Of a stretch of 57,474 nucleotides of DNA, positions 52,653-57,474 are shown piece by piece. Every line of letters starts with the position of its first letter. Positions within the stretch are counted from its first letter, which is position 1. A program made the translations under genes and the position numbers. Below the pieces are notes generated by a model, which saw nothing but the letters and a program-made list of their open reading frames with translations, was not told the origin of the DNA and made no database searches. Source of the stretch: a virus (lineage: Duplodnaviria; Caudoviricetes); the IMG/VR virus record IMGVR_UViG_3300046777_000741, positions 1 to 57,474 of that record; one strand, 5' to 3'.

Positions 52653-54326
52653 ATGAGCAAGAACTGGCCCGGTGGCTTTATCACGAAGACGGCCCCCACG
52701 CCCACCGGGGGCGTGAATGGCACTGCGCCCGGCATTTGGACGCTGGCTCAGGCTACTAACTACATCAAGTTAAATCAGTGGCCTGTTTCTGGCTATCGCG
52801 TCATTCAGATTTTCAACTCCTCGTCCTCATGGACTGCTCCGACTGGGGTCACGCAAGTTGATTACCTAGTGGTGGCTGGTGGAGCCGGAGGCGGCGGTGG
52901 CGGAAACCAAGCGGGCGGAGGCGGTGGTGGTGCGGGTGGATTTCGCACTGGCACTGCTTTAGCGGTAACTCCCGGAACGGTTTACACGATTACCGTGGGC
53001 GCTGGGGGTGCAGGAGCTAGTGGTGCCGCAGACACTGATGGTGCAAGCGGAGGAAATTCTGTTTTCTCTTCCATAACTTCAGCCGGTGGTGGCGGTGGTG
53101 CAAGTGAGGGCAGCACCGCCCCCGCATACTCAAACGCTGGTGCTGATGGAGGTTCTGGTGGTGGTGGCACGGGTCGAGCCAGCAGCCCGGGCGGAACGGG
53201 AAACACGCCCTCTACATCTCCAAGCCAAGGCAACAATGGAGGAGCGGGAAGCACCACTAACCTGTCTGGTGGAGGCGGTGGTGGAGCAAGTGCGGCTGGT
53301 GGAACCGTATCTGGTTCGACGGCTGGTGCTGGCGGTAACGGCACCGCATCCACCATTTCTGGATCTTCTGTGACCTACGCCGGAGGCGGTGGGGGTGGAA
53401 GCTATAACGGAACCGCTGGCCCTGCTGGTAGCGGCGGCGGCGGTGCTGGTGGAACTGTCCCCAACGGGATTGGAACTGCGGGCACGGCCAATACTGGCGG
53501 TGGCGGTGGTGGCTCTAGCGGCCCATCTGGCCCGTCTCGGGTAGGCGGCGCAGGCGGCTCTGGCGTAGTCATCCTGTCCTACCTTGCTCCCACCTCCACA
53601 AAAACTGCAATTTTCAATACCTCTGGTACTTGGACGGCTCCCGGTGGCGTGACCAGCGTTGACTACTTGGTCGTAGCTGGTGGAGGGGGTGGCGGTAATA
53701 ACGGCTCTGGCGGCGGCGCTGGCGGCTTTCGTACAGGCACGGGACTATCAGTAACTGCGGGTACGGGGTACGCAATAACAGTAGGCGGCGGCGGAGGTGG
53801 GTCAACTAATCTTAGTACCATAGGGTCAAAAGGATCAGACTCAACTTTTAGCACCATCACATCTACAGGTGGCGGTGGGGGCGGATCAGGTCTAAGCGCA
53901 AATGGTGGTTCTGGGGGATCTGGCGGCGGCGCTTGGGACAATACTGGATCGGCTGGCGCAGGAAATACGCCTTCGACTTCCCCAAGCCAAGGGAATAATG
54001 GTGGTACGGGGGCCAACTCCGGCGGTAACGGGTTGGGCGGCGGCGGCGGCGGTTCAAGTGCTGTTGGCAACAACGCCAATACTTCTGTTGCTGGAGCGGG
54101 CGGCGCGGGAACTGCGTCTACTATTTCTGGGACTTCCGTAACTTATGCTGGTGGCGGCGGCTCTCTTGGTTTGTCTGGCGCTGGAAGTAGTGGTGGCGCT
54201 GGCGGCGGTGGTAGTGGCGGGTCTTCTAATACTGCTGGCACAGCTAATACCGGAGGCGGTGGCGGGGGTGGAGCCACAAACGGAGCAGCGGGCGGCTCCG
54301 GTATCGTAATAATCAAATGGAGTTGA
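52653..54326 (+). CDS. Gly-rich adhesin-like protein (two tandem domains), paralogue
   Basis: Same domain pattern as the preceding gene; shared GIWTL..WP N-terminal motif. Confidence 0.8.
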   Translation: MSKNWPGGFITKTAPTPTGGVNGTAPGIWTLAQATNYIKLNQWPVSGYRVIQIFNSSSSWTAPTGVTQVDYLVVAGGAGGGGGGNQAGGGGGGAGGFRTGTALAVTPGTVYTITVGAGGAGASGAADTDGASGGNSVFSSITSAGGGGGASEGSTAPAYSNAGADGGSGGGGTGRASSPGGTGNTPSTSPSQGNNGGAGSTTNLSGGGGGGASAAGGTVSGSTAGAGGNGTASTISGSSVTYAGGGGGGSYNGTAGPAGSGGGGAGGTVPNGIGTAGTANTGGGGGGSSGPSGPSRVGGAGGSGVVILSYLAPTSTKTAIFNTSGTWTAPGGVTSVDYLVVAGGGGGGNNGSGGGAGGFRTGTGLSVTAGTGYAITVGGGGGGSTNLSTIGSKGSDSTFSTITSTGGGGGGSGLSANGGSGGSGGGAWDNTGSAGAGNTPSTSPSQGNNGGTGANSGGNGLGGGGGGSSAVGNNANTSVAGAGGAGTASTISGTSVTYAGGGGSLGLSGAGSSGGAGGGGSGGSSNTAGTANTGGGGGGGATNGAAGGSGIVIIKWS

Positions 54327-54329
54327 TCA

Positions 54330-54611
54330 ATGGCAGACAAAATCTACATGCTCTATGGCATCGATACTGCGATGCACCTACTGCGCCCGGGAGCTAAGTG
54401 GGAAATCTCGAACACTATGTTCACCCGGTGGGAAGACCCCCGCCCGTGCCCCACATGGGAAGAGGTCATGGAGACCATGGAGAAGATCAAAGCCTTTGAA
54501 GACTCCATCAATACCGTGTGGCTTCCTGAACAAGTAGCCCAGATCAAGGGCTACTCTGAGGCCCAGCAGATGGCTGCCGACATGGCTCAGGAGCAGCATG
54601 CAACTGCATAA
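54330..54611 (+). CDS. XkdW-like tail-associated protein
   Basis: A...LRPGA.W....W.D.RP.PT.EE pattern. Confidence 0.55.
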   Translation: MADKIYMLYGIDTAMHLLRPGAKWEISNTMFTRWEDPRPCPTWEEVMETMEKIKAFEDSINTVWLPEQVAQIKGYSEAQQMAADMAQEQHATA

Positions 54612-55194
54612 CCTGTTCCCCACTGCTGTCGGCATGTTCGACCTTGGCAGGGAGTTCTCTGCCGAGGAGACCGAGTTTTTTCTCGGTCTTGAGCAAAAGC
54701 CGAATCTAGGGAACACCTCCAGCCAGAACACCAAGGTGCTCAGTAGCGATCCGATGGCCTCCATCAAGGAGTTTGTCGAGGCTTCGGTTGCTGAGTATCT
54801 GGGTTCGGTGTACGCCCCCAAGAATGAAGTGGGCATGCGGGTGACGCAGTCATGGTGCAACTACACCAAGCCGGGTCAGTTTCATCACAAGCACGAGCAC
54901 CCCAACTCTTTCATCTCTGGTGTTTTGTATTTGCAGTCTGGGCCGAGCGATCGGATCTACTTCTACAAAAACGGCTACCAACAAATCAAGCTGCCTACCG
55001 AGAACTGGAACCTATACAACTCCGAGTCTTGGTGGTTCGAGGCTACCAAGGGTCGCCTGATTCTCTTCCCATCCTCCCTGACTCACATGGTTGAGGCCGT
55101 AAAGGGGGATGACACAAGAGTCAGCTTGTCTTTTAATACTTTCCCTGTTGGTCACGTTGGCGATGACCAAGCACTAACCGGCCTTTATCTTTAG
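54598..55194 (+). CDS. Putative 2OG-Fe(II) oxygenase (TIGR02466-like)
   Basis: LFPT, SW.N, H..H.HPNS.ISGV.Y, G.LILFPS.L.H.V, R.SLSFN. Confidence 0.85.
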   Translation: MQLHNLFPTAVGMFDLGREFSAEETEFFLGLEQKPNLGNTSSQNTKVLSSDPMASIKEFVEASVAEYLGSVYAPKNEVGMRVTQSWCNYTKPGQFHHKHEHPNSFISGVLYLQSGPSDRIYFYKNGYQQIKLPTENWNLYNSESWWFEATKGRLILFPSSLTHMVEAVKGDDTRVSLSFNTFPVGHVGDDQALTGLYL

Positions 55195-55203
55195 GAGATC
55201 AAC

Positions 55204-55575
55204 ATGGCACATTTTGCTGAAATTGACCAATTCAACAGAGTCAAGCGGGTGGTCGTCGTCTCAAATGCCGACACTTCCGATGCTTCTGGTGTAGAGAAGG
55301 AGCACATCGGTCGCGCCTTCTGCGAGCGTCTGTTTGGCGGCAACTGGGTGCAGACCTCGTACAACGGAAACTTCCGAAAGAACTACGCTGGCATGGGTTA
55401 CACCTGGGATGCAACCCGTGATGCCTTCATCCCTCCGCAGCCGTATCCGAGTTGGACTCTCGTGGAGGCTACCTGCCAATGGCAGGCCCCTGTTGCGATG
55501 CCTACTGACGGCAAGATGTATTCGTGGGATGAGCCGACCACCTCTTGGAAAGAGATGGCCTCTGCCGCCGCTTGA
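55204..55575 (+). CDS. Conserved tail-region protein
   Basis: MAHFAE..V..V.VV, W.QTSYN..FRKNYAG.GY.W...DAFI.PQP.PSW..W.AP..WDE. Confidence 0.75.
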   Translation: MAHFAEIDQFNRVKRVVVVSNADTSDASGVEKEHIGRAFCERLFGGNWVQTSYNGNFRKNYAGMGYTWDATRDAFIPPQPYPSWTLVEATCQWQAPVAMPTDGKMYSWDEPTTSWKEMASAAA

Positions 55576-55598
55576 TCAACTGAAGATGTAGTGAAGCC

Positions 55599-55829
55599 AT
55601 GAGCACGGAGATCGACCCTGTGCGGTATGGAGTCCTGTGGCAGAAGGTTCAGGACTACGAGCGCCGCTTTGATGATATGGGCAAGAAGATTGACCGCATG
55701 GAGGGCCAGCTAGAGACACTTGTCGCTCTGGCCAACCAAGGCAAGGGCGGCTTCTGGGCTGGCATGGCTCTGGTATCTGCGATCTCATCGGCCATCGGGT
55801 ATATCTCGCACTGGTACGGGAACAAGTGA
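55599..55829 (+). CDS. Coiled-coil plus C-terminal TM protein (holin-like)
   Basis: Heptad N-terminus, KGGFWAG followed by a TM helix. Confidence 0.6.
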   Translation: MSTEIDPVRYGVLWQKVQDYERRFDDMGKKIDRMEGQLETLVALANQGKGGFWAGMALVSAISSAIGYISHWYGNK

Positions 55830-55939
55830 TGCGAGACTGGATCATCGGCACCTTGGGAGGGGTTGGTTTAATTGCCTTCTTCCTTCTGGTGGCGAAGATC
55901 GTTCTTCCTTTTATGGAGGCTATCCGTGGACAAGCATGA
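55829..55939 (+). CDS. 36-aa single-TM peptide (not in ORF track)
   Basis: MRDWIIGTLGGVGLIAFFLLVAKIVLPFMEAIRGQA*; TGATG overlap. Confidence 0.6.
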   Translation: MRDWIIGTLGGVGLIAFFLLVAKIVLPFMEAIRGQA

Positions 55940-56339
55940 ACTGTCCGTCTTCAAGGCTCAGGCTCAGGCGGAACTTAGCAAGCTGGAGGCCGAGGCCACC
56001 GCCAAAGATGTTGCCGGCAAGGCGATCGGCAAGCATGGACTTGCCTACATAACCGCCATCGTTGTCGTCGGCGTAGGAGCCAGTCTGGTGCTGGAGGAGT
56101 CCAAGATTGCCGCCGTGATTGGCCTTGTATCTGCCGCGCTGACCGCGCTGATTGCAATGCTCAACGGGATAGCTGGGGCATCGCCAAAACAGGACAAGCC
56201 CGAGTTCGAGATCATGAAGCAACTGATCGACAAGCTCGATCGCCTGGATCGCCAAGAGGCCGCCATGAAGGTGGAGGTTGAGGGCAACAAGGTCACCGTC
56301 CGTAAGGGCGAGGATGTCGTAACCACCGGAGGCCACTGA
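55926..56339 (+). CDS. Two-TM membrane protein
   Basis: GTG after GGAGG; two hydrophobic segments. Confidence 0.65.
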   Translation: MDKHELSVFKAQAQAELSKLEAEATAKDVAGKAIGKHGLAYITAIVVVGVGASLVLEESKIAAVIGLVSAALTALIAMLNGIAGASPKQDKPEFEIMKQLIDKLDRLDRQEAAMKVEVEGNKVTVRKGEDVVTTGGH

Positions 56340-56614
56340 TGGCATGGTCAGATGTACTTAAAGCGGTCATCCCGATTGTGGTGGCCGCTCTTGCTTGGCT
56401 GCTAGGGCAAGTGGCCTCTTTTTCCGAGCGCCTGACCAAGATTGAGGGGGCAATGCCCGCTTTGATTACCAAGGAGGGTACACCAACCGACAGCCCAATT
56501 AGTGCAGAAAAACGGGCGCAGCAGCGAGAGCAACTGATGGTTCATATCCATGAATTGCAAGTCAAGGTTCGGTTGCTCGAAGAGCGTGAGCGGCTTACAA
56601 AAGGAGCCAAATAA
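56339..56614 (+). CDS. N-terminal TM plus coiled-coil protein
   Basis: AVIPIVVAALAWLL followed by heptads. Confidence 0.65.
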   Translation: MAWSDVLKAVIPIVVAALAWLLGQVASFSERLTKIEGAMPALITKEGTPTDSPISAEKRAQQREQLMVHIHELQVKVRLLEERERLTKGAK

Positions 56615-57117
56615 TGCTATCTCTCATTTCAACCCTTGGGGGCCTGCTGATCAGCGGCCTGCCTAAGCTGCTGGAGTTCTTCCAGAACAAGGCTGACCAG
56701 AAGCATGAGTTGGAGATGATGCGGGTGCAGACTGAGCGCGAACTCCAGCTTGCCGCCGCCGGGTTTGCTGCTCAAGCCCGAATGGAGGAGATTCGCACCG
56801 AGCAGGTGGCCATGGAGACCGATGCCCGGATGACCGAGGCGGCCCTAGCGCACGATGAGAAGGTGCTGGAGAAGGCTTCCCGCTGGGTGGCCAACTATGT
56901 GGGAACCGTGAGACCTACAGTTACCTACATCTTCGTGATGGAGTTGGTGCTGATCAATGCCTTCATGGCGTGGTATCTGTGGAACCACCCGACCCTGATC
57001 CAGTCCATCGATGATGTGATCCGCTACTCCGAACTGATCTTCTCGACCGATGAGATGGCCATGCTCGGGGGCATCATCGGTTTTTGGTTCGGGTCTAGGC
57101 AGTGGAATAAGAAATGA
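56614..57117 (+). CDS. Putative holin (3-TM type)
   Basis: VRP.VTY and IIGFWFGSR motifs; immediately before the endolysin. Confidence 0.65.
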   Translation: MLSLISTLGGLLISGLPKLLEFFQNKADQKHELEMMRVQTERELQLAAAGFAAQARMEEIRTEQVAMETDARMTEAALAHDEKVLEKASRWVANYVGTVRPTVTYIFVMELVLINAFMAWYLWNHPTLIQSIDDVIRYSELIFSTDEMAMLGGIIGFWFGSRQWNKK

Positions 57118-57474
57118 AGTTAAGCCCGAAAGGCGAGGCCCTGATGCACCGCTTCGAGGGCTTTAAGAACAAACCCTACCTTTGCCCAGCCCATATTTGG
57201 ACGATCGGTTATGGCCATGTTTTGTACCAAAACCAGATCAGGCTGCCAGTAGTCAGAAAGGAAGGTTATGAAGGTGCAATCCGCAAGGAATACCCCCTAT
57301 CTGAGCAAGATAACCGGGTCTGGGGCAAGGATGAGATCAACGAACTATTCCGCGTTGACGTTTCAAATTTTGAACGCGGTGTTCTTCGTCTTGTTCCCGG
57401 CGTGGTTGGCCGTCAAGGCAGCTTCGACGCTCTGGTCTCTTTTGCCTTCAATGCTGGGCTAGGAAACCTCCAGA
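57114..57474 (+). CDS. Endolysin (GH24 lysozyme), N-terminal part, runs off the window
   Basis: MKLSPKGEALMHRFEGFKNKPYLCPAHIWTIGYGH..FDALVSFAFNAGLGNLQ; catalytic E..C/D..T arrangement. Confidence 0.92.
   Translation, partial: MKLSPKGEALMHRFEGFKNKPYLCPAHIWTIGYGHVLYQNQIRLPVVRKEGYEGAIRKEYPLSEQDNRVWGKDEINELFRVDVSNFERGVLRLVPGVVGRQGSFDALVSFAFNAGLGNLQ

Noticed and set aside
48274-54326. Diversity-generating retroelement or invertible tail cassette
   Set aside because: No reverse transcriptase or invertase; repeats differ at all bases, not only adenines.
55829-55939. Programmed frameshift in the small lysis-region ORF
   Set aside because: On re-reading, the frame is continuous for 36 aa.
1-57474. 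Alternative genetic code or stop-codon reassignment
   Set aside because: The standard code gives intact, densely packed genes throughout.

Overview
The window is an almost complete, circularly permuted ~57.5 kb tailed dsDNA phage genome (podovirus-like; resembles freshwater phages of Betaproteobacteria, host inferred only). A GH24 endolysin gene is split across the two ends, with a short piece missing. Layout: tail adaptor/nozzle and ejection-protein genes (163-13305, +); a short leftward early arm (13362-16756, -) with an ssDNA-binding-like protein, a PD-(D/E)XK nuclease and a Gp49-like protein; a rightward early arm (16876-25006) with a Cro-like regulator, DUF1376/YdaU replication initiator with internal iterons, DNA methyltransferase, RusA-like resolvase and Rap1a-like protein; terminase genes; a structured non-coding block (27743-28235); two large polyvalent-type proteins; portal, GroES, scaffold, capsid, two free-standing GIY-YIG endonucleases, several tail fibres including four Gly-rich domains, a 2OG-Fe(II) oxygenase and a lysis cassette. 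No integrase, CI repressor, DNA polymerase, reverse transcriptase, tRNA or CRISPR array was recognised. Most interesting: (1) a [MFYL]-[AK]-x-G-G motif repeated about 19 times across five virion-region proteins; (2) several structured RNAs around the terminase genes, two of which share one internal-loop motif; (3) four TTGAA-N7-TTCAA operators; (4) a possible antisense-controlled leader-peptide/membrane-protein pair. All family calls are by-eye motif recognition, not database searches.
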